Assembly: GCA_002269645.1 (NCBI GenBank)
Contig: NIVC01001283.1
Coordinates: forward strand, 124,001-188,000
Origin: Macrostomum lignano
Taxonomy: Eukaryota
Direction of reading: 5' to 3'
Length of the DNA: 64,000 bases
Below are positions 29,401 through 43,599 of the stretch, one piece after another; within the stretch, counting starts at the first letter, position 1; each line of letters opens with the position of its first letter. Made by a program: the position numbers and the translations under genes. The notes beneath the pieces are model-generated. The model was not told the origin of the DNA. It saw nothing but the letters and a program-made list of their open reading frames with translations, and made no database searches.

Positions 29401-32400
29401 GATGATGGGTAGTTTCGGGTAGATGACGGGTAGTTTCGGGTAGATAATGGGTAGTTTTGGGTAGATGATGGGTAGCTTCGGGTAGATGATGGGCAGTTTT
29501 GGGTAGATGATGGGCAGTTTTGGGTAGATGATGGGCAGTTTCGGGTAGATGATGGGCAGTTTTGGGTAGATGATGGGCAGTTTCGGGTAGATGATGGGTA
29601 GTTTCGGGTAGATGATGGGTAGTTTCGGGTAGATGATGGGTAGTTTCGGGTAGATGATGGGTAGTTTCGGGTAGATGATGGGTAGTTTCGGGTAGATGAT
29701 GGGTAGTTTCGGGTAGATAATGGGTAGTTTACATTACATAGATGATCGATAGTTACATTATCATAATGGGTAGCTTCGGCTAAATAGTGTAACTTTAATC
29801 AGGGTGGATGAAGTCCTCTGAAGGGTTAGCCGCAGTCAGCGAGGAGACAGGAGGCAGTCATGCCCATTCCGCATACTCAAGAGCCCACACACGCTCACAC
29901 AGGGTGTACAGCGGCCCAGACTGTCTTGATGGGGGTTGGCCTTCAGTTGGCTACGAGTAGTTTAAGTCACTATGTAGTTCCTGTCAAGAAATAATGATAT
30001 AATAAATAAAATAAAAGTACAAACCTCGGCATCGCTAGCGTCGGGCCTCCCGTATCGAATATTATAGCGAATATCGGCATTGAACAGCGCCGTGTCCTGC
30101 GGCACAACCCCGATCGCCTGTCTGAGGCTGTTCTGAGTCACACGGCGAATATCTTTGCCGTCGATGAGAATCTGGCCGGATTGCACATCGTAGAATCGGA
30201 ACAGCAGGCGAAGGATTGACGACTTGCCAGCACCTGACTGGCCGACCAGAGCCACGGTTTGGCCCGGCTCCACTATGAAGGTCACGGATTTCAGCACCGG
30301 CTTGGCCGGTTCGTAGTGAAAGCTCACGTCCCGGAATTCCACCTGGGGCAGTGGGGGTCACCGGTTGTTGGAAGATCAAATGGGGGTAACCGGTTGTTGA
30401 GGGATCAAAGGGGGTTCACAGGAAGCAGGCAGAGGGGAACACACTGAAGGATCAGGAAGCAGGCAGACGGGAACACACTGAAGGATCAGGAAGCAGGCAG
30501 AGGGGAACACACTGAAGGATCAGGAAGCAGACAGAGGGGAACACACTGAAGGATCAGGAAGCAGGCAGAGGGGAACACACTGAAGGATCAGGAAGCAGGC
30601 AGAGGGGAACACACTGAAGGATTAGGAAGCAGGCAGAGGGGAACACACTGAAGGATCAGGAAGCAGGCAGAGGGGAACACACTGAAGGATCAGAAAGCAG
30701 GCAGAGGGGAACACACTGAAGGATCAGGAAGCAGGCAGAGGGGAACACACTGAAGCATCAGGAAGCAGGCAGAGGGGAACACACTGAAGGATCAGGAAGC
30801 AGGCAGAGGGGAACACACTGAAGGATCAGGAAGCAGGCAGAGGGGAACACACTGAAGCATCAGGAAGCAGGCAGAGGGGAACACACTGAAGCATCAGAAA
30901 AAGTTTTCGCAAAGTCCACGAGAACGGCAAGCTGCTCACCCTGGCTTCGCCTAAGTTCAAATCCACGGCGTCTGGGTGATCGGCAACTTCTGCCTTAGTG
31001 TCTAACAGTTCAAACATATTCTCCATATCGATAAACTGTTGCTGAATCATTCTATAGTAGGTGGCGAACCAATTCAACGGCACGTACAGCTGCATTATGT
31101 AGGTGCTGAACAGTACATAGTCGCCAACTGTAAGCGGCGGCACCTCTGGATTTCCATTGGCCCGTTGGACAATATAATAGGCGCATAGCAGGGCCCCACC
31201 TGTGAAGCCGATGTTGATAATGAAGTTTTGCACGCTGTTTAACAGATTCAGCGTCTGACTGCTGATGTAGTCGGCCTCCTGAATATAGTTGTCGAGTGAG
31301 ATTTTGCCGCGTTAACAATTATTAGATTGTGGTAGGTTATTGGAAGAAATTGAGTTTAGGCAAAGGTAGACAGATACAAGGACCACTAAACAACGCACGA
31401 CAACCCATAGGGCCAATTTTCTTGCACATACAAGCCCCAAATGAATGTGGAAATCGAACCCAGGGAGGCTACTCTGCCCCCTAAACAATGTAGGATAGCG
31501 CCTATGGATAATGAAAGTGTGGTAAGCAATGATAGGACCTGATAGTCCACCGTAGCCTTGCGGAATCGCTCGGTCTCGTATCCCTCGGCAGCGTAATATT
31601 TGACAGTCTCAAAGTTGAGCAGTGAATCAACCGCGCGAGCGTTCCGCTCATTATCCAGCGCGTTCATTCGGCGCCTGAACTTTGTGCGCCATTCGGTGAT
31701 GACAATGGACAGGTACAGGAACAGGGCCATGGTGGCGAATACCATGATGCCGAACCAGGCGTTAAACCAGCTAGTGAGGTACACAATGCCGATGCTAATG
31801 TCGAATAGAGTAGGCGCAATGTTGAATAGAATATAGCTGAGCAGCTGGTTGATGGAGTTTACGCCGCGATCGACTATGCGCAATACTTCTCCGGTTTTCT
31901 TGGACAGGTGCCAACGGAGCGACAGTCTGCATGGGGACAGATTAGAAGAATTTGACGAGATAATCTAATACAAATCTTAATGTGCTTTGAGACTGTTCTC
32001 GGACGGTTTAAAGACAATTCTCATGGCTTCATGGGCGATTCTCGTAGCCCAGAGAAAATTCTCATGGCTTTATGGGCGATTCTCGTAGCCCAGAGAAAAT
32101 TCTCATGGCTTTATGGGCGATTCTCGTAGCCCAGAGAAAATTCTCATGGCTTTATGGGCGATTCTCGTAGCCCAGAGAAAATTCTCATGGCTTTATGGGC
32201 GATTCTCGTAGCCTAGAGACAATTCTCATGGCTTTATGGGCGATTCTCGTAGCCTAGAGACAATTCTCATGGCTTTATGGGCGATTCTCGTAGCCTAGAG
32301 ACAATTCTCATGGCTTTATGGGCGATTCTCGTAGCCTAGAGAAAATTCTCATGGCTTTATGGGCGATTCTCGTAGCCTAGAGAAAAGTCTCATGGCTTTA

Positions 32401-35400
32401 TGGGCGATTCTCGTAGCCCAGAGAAAATTCTCATGGCTTTATGGGCGATTCTCGTAGCCCAGAGAACATTCTCATGGCTTTATGGGCGATTCTCGTAGCC
32501 TAGAGAAAAGTCTCATGGCTTTATGGGCGATTCTCGTAGCCTAGAGACAATTCTCATGGCTTTATGGGCGATTCTCGTAGCCTAGAGACAATTCTCATGG
32601 CTTTATGGGCGATTCTCGTAGCCTAAAGACAATTCTCATGGCTTAGTAACAATTTTCATCTCTTAGTAATAGTAACAATTACGACGATTTGACGATTATA
32701 AAAGCTTATGAACAATTCTCGCAGTCTAAATATGACTTTTCAAGGAGTTTAAGGACTTAAGGTCCAGACGATTCTCGCAGTGAACTTTAGGATACGAATC
32801 ATCAGGGCAACCAACTTACAGGTGCAAGTGATTAAAGAGCTTAAGCGAAGCCTCCCGCATAGTGAACTGGTCCACCCGGATCCACAGATAGAATCGTACA
32901 ACGCCAATGAGACCGGAGCTGCCAGTGCCAATGCCTTGCAGTGTTTTCAGCGCCACAAATATCAATATGAGATCCCAGCGGAATTCCAGCATCACTGTCG
33001 ACCCTCCTCTCGGCGACGGGGTCAGCGGCGGCTCGGACTTCAGTCGGAGAATGTAGAATGGCGCCGATCGCCGCGCCAGGCTGCTCGAGTTGGCGGCGCC
33101 GTTGGCTGCGCCCGGGTCAGCGAGTCCACTGGAAGTGCGTGCAATTTTTTTATATCTAAGTCTTTTACAATTGAAATATTTTGAATTCTACTGAAAGTAG
33201 CATGATAAGTAAAACCCATTTGATTTGTCCGAATAGTAAACAGTTTTTGGTCCCGTACAGTCTCGCAACAGTGAGCCTTGTAGTGCTAATAGTCCCAGTG
33301 CAGTCCAGCCCCAGGTATGGGTCCCGATGGTAGTACTACAGTCCAGATAGGGGTCCCGATAGTCCCACAGACTCCCACTACAGACCAGATAGGGGTCCCG
33401 ATAGTCCCAGTGCAGTCCAGGTGTGGGTCCCGATAGTCCCACTACAGTCCAGATATGGGTCCGATAGTCCTATTACAGTGCAGATAGGGATCCCGATAAT
33501 CCCACAGACTCCCACTACAGACCAGATATGGATCCCGATAGTCCCACTGCAGTCCAGATATGGGGTCCCGATCGTCCCACTACAGTCCAGATTAGGGTCC
33601 CGATAGTCCCATTACAATACAGATAGGGTCCCAATAGTCCTACTGTACGTTACAAAGGCAATTAAATTCTACGCAAACACAAATACAACCCTACTCAAAC
33701 AAAAACATGATCCTACTCAAACAAAAACATGATCCTACTCAAACACAAACATGACCCTACTCAAACACAAACATGACCCTACTCAAACACAAATACAACC
33801 CTACTCAAACACAAACATGATCCTACTCAAACACAAACATGACCCTACTCAAACAAAAACATGATCCTACTCAAACACAAATACAACCCTACTCAAACAC
33901 AAACATGATCCTACTCAAACACAAACATGACCCTACTCAAACAAAAACATGATCCTACTCAAACACAAATACAACCCTACTCAAACACAAACATGACCCT
34001 ACTCAAACACAAACATGACCCTACTCAAACACAAACATGACCCTACTCAAACACAAATACAACCCTACTCAAACAAAAACATGATCCTACTCAAACAAAA
34101 ACATGATCCTACTCAAACACAAATACAACCCTACTCAAACAAAAACATGATCCTACTCAAACACAAATACAACCCTACTCAAACAAAAACATGATCCTAC
34201 TCAAACACAAACATGACCCTACTCAAACACAAACATGACCCTACTCAAACACAAACATGACCCTACTCAAACACAAACATGACCCTACTCAAACACAAAC
34301 ATGACCCTACTCAAACACAAACATGACCCTACTCAAACACAAACATGACCCCACTCAAACAAAAACATGATCCTACTCAAACAAAAACATGATCCTACTC
34401 AAACACAAACATGACCCTACTCAAACACAAATACAACCCTACTCAAACAAAAACATGATCCTACTCAAACACAAATACAACCCTACTCAAACAAAAACAT
34501 GATCCTACTCAAACACAAATACAACCCTACTCAAACAAAAACATGATCCTACTCAAACACAAATACAACCCTACTCAAACACAAACATGATACTACTCAA
34601 ACACAAATACAACCTACCCTACTCAAACAAAAACATGATCCTACTCAAACACAAATACAACCCTACTCAAACAAAAACATGATCCTACTCAAACACAAAT
34701 ACAACCCTACTCAAACAAAAACATGATCCTACTCAAACACAAATACAACCCTACTCAAACAAAAACATGATCCTACTCAAACACAAATACAACCCTACTC
34801 AAACACAAACATGATCCTACTCAAACACAAATACAACCCTACTCAAACACAAACATGACCCTACTCAAACAAAAACATGACCCTACTCAAACACAAACAT
34901 GACCCTACTCAAACACAAACATGACCCTACTCAAACACAAACATGACCCTACTCAAACACAAACATGACCCTACTCAAAAACAACCCTACTCAAACACAA
35001 AATTGACCCTACTCAAACAAAAACATGATCCTATTCAAACACAAATACAACCCTACTCAAACAAAAACATGATCCTACTCAAACACAAATACAACCCTAC
35101 TCAAACAAAAACATGATCCTACTCAAACACAAATACAACCCTACTCAAACAAAAACATGATCCTACTCAAACACAAATACAACCCTACTCAAACACAAAC
35201 ATGACCCTACTCAAACACAAACATGACCCTACTCAAACACAAATACAACCCTACTCAAACACAAACATGACCCTACTCAAACACAAACATGACCCTACTC
35301 AAACACAAACATGACCCTACTCAAACACAAACATGACCCTACTCAAACACAAACATGACCCTACTCAAACACAAACATGACCCTACTCAAACACAAACAT

Positions 35401-36386
35401 GACCCTACTCAAACACAAACATGACCCTACTCAAACACAACCCTACTCAAACACAAAATTGACCCTACTCAAACACAAACATGACCCTACTCAAACACAA
35501 ATATGACCCCAAAATGTCCACATGCCCACAATCGCAGCAAAACCGAGAAACAAACCGCACCAATATACTTGGAGTAGATAGGAACCAGCAGGTTAATAAC
35601 CCGGCCGCAGGCAAGCAGCAGGACGCAAGCGACGACGCGCAATTGAAGCAAAGGCGAACTACTCGGCCAAACGTATGGCAGCATAAGGCGAAGCTTGTGG
35701 CCAAGGCCGAACCAGGCCGACTGTTGCTGCTGCTGGCGCCGGCGCTGCCTGCCGAGGAACCCCGTCTGGTCCTCGGCCTCGGGCGCCGGCCCATACCGGA
35801 TATCGGCGGCGCGGCCTCGCAGGCCCAGACCGAAGGCTAGCAGGGTGGCAAATAGGCGAGCGGCCCATAGCAACAGCTCGGGTTGGTCGGCAGGCTTAAC
35901 CAGACGGAACCACCACTGCGGACTACGGCAGGATAGCAGGCTGAGCAGTTCCCAGGCTAGAGCTTGAGTCCACATGAGCAGTAGGATAGCTCCGTGACCC
36001 CGAGTTGGCACGCTGGGCAGCAGGCAGTGTGCCTCGGTCCACAGTAAGACAAAGCTCAGAAGCCAGGCTAGAGAGTTGGCGCACAGGTAGTATACCTGGT
36101 AGCCGTGCAGCGGAGGCGAGTACTGCAGCTGACAGACGCACCGGGCTATGCACAGCAGCACCATAGCGATTGGCATGAAATACTGCAATCCAGCTGAGCA
36201 GGACCTGTTGACTCGATTAGACTCAATCCGGTTGCCATAGCGACGGTAGAACACTAGCTGACAGGCGCCAAATAGGAGAGCAAGGCCTAGCATAGCAGAG
36301 GAGGTGACAGTGTCATAGAAACAACGACCAATGCCTTTGCTGACAAATGGTGCCAGCCCAATGGTGTCATTGGGACAGAACTGCAT
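26451..36386 (-). CDS. ABCB6: ABCB6/HMT-1-like half ABC transporter (TMD0-TMD-NBD). 6 exons: 36386-35561, 33128-32820, 31926-31539, 31278-30940, 30342-30025, 26891-26451 (~873 aa if the exon 2 frameshift is corrected)
   Basis: GCCACCATG start. N-terminal TMD0 (FCPND...GIGRCFYD). LPYVWP...[83 protein letters not shown], Walker [10 protein letters not shown]-loop VVPQD, signature LSGGEKQ, Walker [13 protein letters not shown]-loop VAHRLSTI. Exon 2 is 309 nt where 310 is needed. Confidence 0.93.
26922..29730. repeat. ~2.8 kb 21 bp minisatellite GGGTAGATGATGGGTAGTTTC in ABCB6 intron 5
   Basis: Directly visible. It begins ~30 nt from the exon 6 acceptor. Variant blocks recur (e.g. near 28235 and 29425). 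Confidence 0.97.
30420..30898. repeat. 35 bp minisatellite GGAAGCAGGCAGAGGGGAACACACTGAAGGATCA in ABCB6 intron 4
   Basis: Directly visible. It fills most of the intron. Confidence 0.95.
32025..32643. repeat. 41 bp minisatellite AATTCTCATGGCTTTATGGGCGATTCTCGTAGCC(C/T)AGAGA(A/C) in ABCB6 intron 2
   Basis: Directly visible, ~15 copies. Confidence 0.95.
33290..35510. repeat. Two arrays in ABCB6 intron 1: degenerate ~33 bp GATAGTCCCACTACAGTCCAGATATGGGGTCCC (33290-33640) and 22 bp ATGACCCTACTCAAACACAAAC (33675-35510)
   Basis: Directly visible. The 22 bp array reaches within ~50 nt of the exon 1 donor. Confidence 0.95.
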
Positions 36387-37009
36387 GGTGGCAGCAGTGC
36401 ACAATAGAGAATACAGATGAAGAATTTAATACTTTTTTCATGTGCCAAAGAATTAGAAGAAGCCTAAGTTAATTCTATACATACAGCACCTATGCTTATA
36501 ATTTCTTGCATTTGCTACTGTAAATATTACCCACAGGACCTACTTCTTAAGCATTATAGAATTGCAGTGCCAGCAAGATCTTAGACAGGTAAATTTAGGA
36601 TGCCCCATTCAAAACCAAGATACTAGCTGTTATAGTGTTATCAGTCAAAAATTTCAAAGCCAAATAAAGCATCAATATACCTCTAGAGAAAATATCTTAG
36701 ATAAGCTGGCAAAAGTCTATAGACTCGTTTAAAGGTTATTTAAATTTGACAATTAATTGAAGTCTTGAAATTTCAAGAGTCCCACTGATGCTTCAAATGA
36801 AAAATAACTTAACTAGATACCAATCTTCTATAGTCCCAAATATTGTGAATACCAGCTTTTTTACTCTATATATTACATTTAGGAGGTTAGATCATATCTA
36901 AACCATGTACACAATGGACTAAAAGGAGGTCCAATAGATAGACAGACCAGGGGAAAGAAAGATACAGTATTGTTAGCAGAATAGACCCCTCAAGTCTGGA
37001 CCTCCAGGA

Positions 37010-37930
37010 CCTCAAGACCGGACGGCCTATCGGACTTCTTCTTTGAGACATCCTCCGGGGTGCTTCAGAGAGATACGCTTGCGCCGTTCCTGTTCGTTCT
37101 GGTGCTTGACTGGGTGCTGTGGACCGCTCTTCCTACCAACGACGACGGCTTTCTGTTGCGGCGACGCGTGGGTCGACGTCAACCGGAGAGGCGGCTCAGC
37201 GTGCTTGGCTACGCTGACGATCTCGCCCTGCTGTCCACAACTGTCGAGGGCGCCCAGCGACAACTGGACAAGCTAGTTGCTGTTGCGGCGAGTGCCGGCC
37301 TGGTGGTCAACACGCAGAAGACCGTCGTGCTCTGCGTGCCGGACGACATCGAGGCTGCGATTTTGTGCCGAGGTGCTGATGGACAGGCGACAGAGCTTCC
37401 GCTTCGTCAGCAGTTCGTCTACCTCGGCGGTCTGGTTCCCGGCGTCCGCGAGGATTTTCGACATCGCCGTGGGCTTGCCTGGGCTGCCTTTCGTTCTGTG
37501 AGGGCAGTCCTGCAGTCCGAGGCCTTACCTGACCGCCAGAGGGCGGCGTTGTTCCAGGTGGTGATAGAGACCATCCTGCTGTACAACGCCGAGACCTGGA
37601 CGCTGACGGAGTCGCTCGAGCAACAAGTTGACGCGGCGCACTCTGGCCTGCTGCGCGCCAGCTTTAAGATCGGCTACGAGCAAGTGACCAACGCGGCTTT
37701 GTATCGGCGCGCCGGCCTGGTCCGCCCAAGCAACTTGTTGCGCCGTCGGCGACTCCAGCTGGCAGGCCACATCATCCGCGCCGAGTTGTACTGCCCAGAG
37801 CCGGTGCAGGTGCTGCTGCTAACGCTGCAGGCACCCTGCCGGCGGGGCAGGCGCGCATTCGGCGTTTCGTTGACTGTCTGCTGGCTGACGCCGGCGGCGT
37901 GGCGTTCATTCGCGACCTGGCCTTGAGGCG
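37010..37930 (+). mobile_element. 5'-truncated RTE-like non-LTR retrotransposon (RT C-terminal half)
   Basis: SGVLQRDTLAPFLFVLVLDWV (QGD motif mutated to QRD), LGYADDLALL, GLVVNTQKT, FVYLGG, LLYNAETWTLT. GC-rich insert in AT-rich DNA. 3' frameshift. Confidence 0.85.
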
Positions 37931-40401
37931 CGCACTATGACTCTAACTGTGTATTCTGTTGTTGTAGCAGAATGGTAGGCCTATCTTATATATCTTAGTG
38001 ATAGCTAAATGTTTAGAGTTATTAAACTAGACAAGGCCTAATAAATTCTTGTGCTATAGCATTGTGGCACTAAATAAGGCTCGTACAATATTATTGCCAA
38101 AACGATTGCTGGGCTCCCTATTGTACTTCAAATACACTGTGCATATGGCATATGACTAACTACATAGGACCTTGTATATAACAATTTCTCCCAAAATAGC
38201 TTCTTTGAAAGTATGACTAAATTTAAAGATTAAGATTAATAGATCATATACTATAAAAAAACTTTTTTTATACTTTTAATTAATAGACCACATATCTAAA
38301 TGAAAGAAATACTAATAGACTACTACTAGATAATTGCAATACACTATTATAATTAATTGCTTTGTAGAAGCAAAAAAATAAACAATATAAATGCCTCAAA
38401 ATAAACTATAACTTTATATAAGCTAGAATAATATTATAGCAAATAGACCTAGCAAAAGTGTAAAATTTGTCAAGATACCTCACCATTTGCCTTTGACCTT
38501 GCCTGTGTAGTTCTTGCAGCTTAAGCAATAGCATTTTGCATAGCAGCTCAAAGTAATAGGCCTCCAACTAGATGACATGGCTAGCTAGTCAAAGTTATCC
38601 TCCACATAGTGCAATTCAGAAAGCCATATCAAGTGTGCCATTATGTAGAGCATATGTTATGTAGGTCTTGCTACTTAGGCTGACCGAATTTTAGAAGTTG
38701 CACATGTATGTTTAAAAATTCCTGGTATATTGGCATACAAATTTGAATGTTGTTAAGATATGTCCCAGATAAAATTACCTAGTCACACCATTACCTAACA
38801 TTAAAGTACTACCCTCATGTTGTGATATAGCATTATTTATAACAAACAACTTAGCTATTAGTACATGTAAAAATATTAATTCATTCACTTGTTTCATATT
38901 TTTGGACTCTAAAAATAGAAAGGAATCAAATTCAAGCAAAAAAGAATTTACCAAATGATTCTATAAGATAGCCTCCATTTTTCTAGTCTATATAACTTTC
39001 TAGTTCTAGTCTAGTTATGTTTTTTCAACATAACAAATAGTATACTAGTCTAGTACTCAAGGCCAAGGACCACTTAAGCCAGACTCTAGATTATATAGTA
39101 TATGCATAAATTTTTGGGCATGCATTGGCCTTGCATACCAAAAGTTAGACATGCATAGTTGGCATGCATTACTCTTAAAAAGATAAGTGTGTGTGCACAC
39201 CTAGCATGCACTTTATGACATCACGTGGAAGATTGTTGCTAGGCCTAAGTGGAAAAATTCTAAAAAATATAGAAAAGTTCATTTTTAAGCTTAAAAGCTT
39301 TCCAGTTTTTAAGCTTATAATAAGGCTTCTAAACAAATGTTTATGTGTATGAATTTTCTATTGTAAATAGTATAGGCAAAAAAATGAAATAATAAACCAA
39401 GTTATTAGCAAAAAAAGTCTTTTATGCAATGCAAAAAGGTCATTCACTGTTGCAACACAAAAAGGTCATTCATTGTTGCAACACTGGCCTAGATTTGAGT
39501 ATGGGTATGCACTCAATTTTTTGGCGCATATTTGTAATTATTCATTTTTTGTTTGAGTATGTACCTAGCATGATCTAGACTATGGCACTCAAGGACTATA
39601 AAGACTCAAGCCATTAAGGAGATGCTCATTCTTAGTTTAATGATGGAAAATTTCTGATCGAATGGTGCAAGTTTGCTAAAAATTGGTTGAGATACTTACC
39701 TACCAACTCATTTTTAGTATTGGGACTATAACAAAAATGTAATAGAATCTACTTTGTTACTAAAGTGGCTATTAGTATTACCAAAGTGGATTATATTTGA
39801 GTCAAGTTTTGTTATGTTTTATGATTTTTAAGCATCAAGTACAGATCCATGCAGAAAATTTTGAATAGGGGGCACAGATTACTAAGCCCCTAAGGTACAT
39901 ATATATAAAGTATACACAATAAAGTATTTTCCATATAAACAATAAAATAAATTCAAACTTAACATTGGCATTGACAGGGGGCACCTTGTGCACCTCCCCC
40001 TAAATCTACGACTACCACTATTAAGCATAAATGATATGTACATAGGATATAAAATTAAACATACATAGATAATATAATCCTAATTTTATTTTATAAACAT
40101 TTATAAGCTTATAAATGCCTGTCACCTTTTGCCTATTGCCTTTATGATCTGTAAGCCTAGCCATGAATATCAATCAATAGAGCTAGGCCTATATAAAGCC
40201 TATAGGGTTTGTTCTGTAAAGCCATCGTAAGATAAGATCATTCTTAGCTCCTATCTCCACAGTGTAAAAGTTCCAACATATGATTGAACTTATGCTAGGC
40301 TAGGGGGGGCCTACAACTTAATAGTACGACCTCATATTGTCTAAGCCTACTATACTAGAGCTGGAGCAGGCTGTATAAATAAAGGCAAGACATAGGCCTA
40401 T

Positions 40402-41483
40402 CCCATATTGCGGAAGGTTTTCTGTGTACGCCGGACACATTTTTATTGAATTTTCAATTGTACGCCAACAGATTTTAAATGTACGGCAACTTAAAAAACG
40501 GTAAAAAAAATCAGCGAATATTTAAATTTAAATTTAAACTACAAAAATTTATAACGACATGACGATTGTCGTGACAACTCCGGTAATTAGGGTGCGTTCG
40601 AGTGACTTAAAATGACTTAAACTGCCATTTTAACGTCCTTAGTAAAACAAATGTTAAGCAGACTAAATGTAAAAATAATCTAGGTAAATGATAGTCAAAT
40701 TACAATTAGGAATTAATTAAATTTCTAAAACCGGTCTAAGATTAAAAAAACGTCGCCTATACTTCTTCCAACTCAACCTGAACGCCTAGGCACCGTTTTA
40801 ACTTCGCTCGCAATTACCACATTTAATCGTAATTGAATATTTTGTATTCTTCACCTTTGTTCTATCATTTGCTTTCACGTCCTTTTGCTCAGTTCGCTGC
40901 CCGTCATTATAGTCTTTGAATAATTGCTTAGTACTAATATTGTTTATTTATTAATTGTTATTACGTAGTAGTTTATTTGGACTTGGAATATAGTCACTAT
41001 TTCAGCTTGGTTCTTATTCTTCAATGTGGTAATTGCGAGCGAAGTTAAAACGGTGCCTAGGCGTTCAGGTTGAGTTGGAAGAAGTATAGGCGACGTTTTT
41101 TTAATCTTAGACCGGTTTTAGAAATTGAATTAATTCTTAATTGTAATTTGACTATCATTTACCTAGATTATTTTTACATTTAGTCTGCTTAACATTTGTT
41201 TTACTAAGGACGTTAAAATGGCAGTTTAAGTCATTTTAAGTCACTCGAACGCACCCTTAAAATGATTGGTAGATGAGAAAATAGTAGCAGAAAAAAATAG
41301 TTTTTGAAATAACTTAACACAGAAAAAGCACAAAAAATTCATTATATTAATTTCTACGCCAGTCACATACACCACACTGTACGCCACACTGTACACAGCC
41401 AAGAAATGTACGCTGGTGTACGCCATGGAAATCAAGTGTACGCCGGAATTTTCCGGCGTACACCCCACCATCCGCAAAATGGG
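40402..41483. mobile_element. Non-autonomous TIR element (host of a nested MITE) with a 6 bp TSD GCCTAT
   Basis: Left end CCCATATTGCGGAAGG...TGTACGCCGGA. Right end reverse complement CCCATTTTGCGGATGG...TGTACGCCGGA. GCCTAT at 40396-40401 and 41484-41489. Several subterminal TGTACGCC motifs at both ends. Confidence 0.75.
40590..41256. mobile_element. PIF/Harbinger-type MITE with ~234 bp TIRs and a TTA TSD
   Basis: 40590-40823 is the near-perfect reverse complement of 41023-41256 (ends GGGTGCGTTCGAG...CTCGAACGCACCC). TTA at 40587-40589 and 41257-41259. Confidence 0.88.
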
Positions 41484-43599
41484 GCCTATCAAAAGATAAC
41501 ATTGGGTCTTCCTTCTATCGAAGGCAATAACAATTTTTGTGCTGAAAAATGAAAATGTCCTAGCCTATATATCCTTATGTATTCCTAATTTCTCTGGTAA
41601 AACCTACATTCTTAAAATTTCCTTAAGACTTAAAATTAAAAATTAAAAATTTTAAGTCTTAAAATGACTTAAACGTAGTTACCATCCTACGTAAGTAATC
41701 CTTGGTGGTGCTCTGGTCACTTCAGAGCAACAAAATGAAACACTTGCAACGAGTTACATTGGAACAGATTATTTTAAGCGACTAACTCAATGGGCCAGCT
41801 GATCAGCACGAAAAACCACATTAGCACGACTGAATGTTCCACCTTCGACAAAGGTTCTTATCATTTTATATCGAGCACAGTTGTCAGTGCCAATGCTACA
41901 AATTGGTAGCAAGTCAATTCGCCAAAAGTGAAAGACTGTCATTCTGTCATATATTTTGGCATATAATCAGAATAATTGAACATCAAAAACCTATCTAAAA
42001 ACATTCGATAGTATCAATCCATGCAGTAAAAGTGATTAAAAACTTTAAAATGGAAGTGACTAACTTGATCAAAAAGATTTTATAGTGTCAGTCTATCGTT
42101 ATTTACGCATTTTGTTGTGTCAACTGTTTTCTAAAAAAAATGAATGTTTCGTGACTTCAGCCATATTTTTTGTTAAGAGTAAACAGGTCTCCATGTTTCC
42201 TCCTACTAAATAGGCCTAAGCGCCATCTTGGCAGAAAGCCCAAACTGTTCCTAACTGCTGGAAAAACATATGGGACTTCTAACACTTCTTGAACTACAAA
42301 AAATGGGAAGTATTTTATATACCTAAAGTTCAAGAAAACTAAGAAGTCCCTATTCCTAGAAATCCTAGGCCTATCCATAATAGCCATTCATTTAGAGCCG
42401 TGGCGGCGTGGCCATCTTGGTCATGCATCGTTGCCCTAGCCTACCAGACAAGAGATATGCTAGTCAATCGTTTATTTATAGGCTAGTACTTTAGGCTTGA
42501 TCTAATTCATTGATAAAATAATCATCCCCAATATGGCAATAGGCCTAATCATCCCTACTACTACCATAATCTCATGGAGGCCCTTTTTAGTGAAAATCTG
42601 TGGCATATCCATTTCTACCAACATGTAGGCCTAGCCACATACATAGTGTGCTGTGCACTACTTTTATTGTTGCAACTGCAAAATGGTCCTTTATTGTTGC
42701 AATGCCCAATGGGGCCTTGCATCATCTGCATGGAAAACAGGACTGCTAGCTACGCACTGTGTGCAACTTGTGTGGCAGCCAAAAATGTTCTTGAAAATAT
42801 TCTCCAAAATACTTTAAATGTGTATTTTTAGCATAATTTTATAATTTAGTATGATTTTAATTTTAGTAAACTTCCTCAGTTTTAAAAAAACATATACATC
42901 ATTTCTTTATATATTACATATTCTTTTATAGGTAGAAATATTACAATTTGTATTAAAATCTCAGAAAACTCAGAAATTTATAATAAAATATTGACACAAA
43001 GACAAAAAATTCTATGCCTTATAGTTATAAGACTGATACTGTGATAGGCCTAGCAAATAAGGCTTATAGTTTATTAGCTAAATTTTTATATGAAATGTTT
43101 ATCTTAAAATTTTTCCTTATGAAAATAGAAAAGCAACAAAATTAATTGACATATTGTATATAATCTTCAAAAGAATCACTTTATATTATATATTTACTTG
43201 AAGTTGCCTTTTTGTGATGCCTCAATATAAAGATAAGGAAATAGAAGAATCAAACCTTTGAAAAAGAGCCTGCCAGGCATCAATGAGACCACAGAGGATT
43301 TATAAAAAATAGTGTAGCAGGATTTGTAAGTGTTTTAATGGCTAGGCCTATATGTACTTTTTTAGAAACTAGGGGGCCTAATATAGTAAAAAGCCATAAA
43401 CAAAGACAAACAATGGATACTCCAGTCTCCAGTAATATCAGTTAAAACTTTTTATTCACTTTTTTAATTGATGTAGCAATTGCTACACTGTGCTTGTACT
43501 CATTCACTTCTTTGACTTCTTATTCTTGCTAGAGCATTTAGTGTGACTGTCTTTTACAATTGTTTATTTCTAGTATTAGTATTATAAAACATTTCTTGT

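Noticed and set aside
42221-42420. Two GCCATCTT (YY1-like) motifs as a bidirectional ABCB6/WDR76 promoter
   Set aside because: Short motifs kilobases from either ATG in repeat-derived DNA. Not supportable without TSS data.
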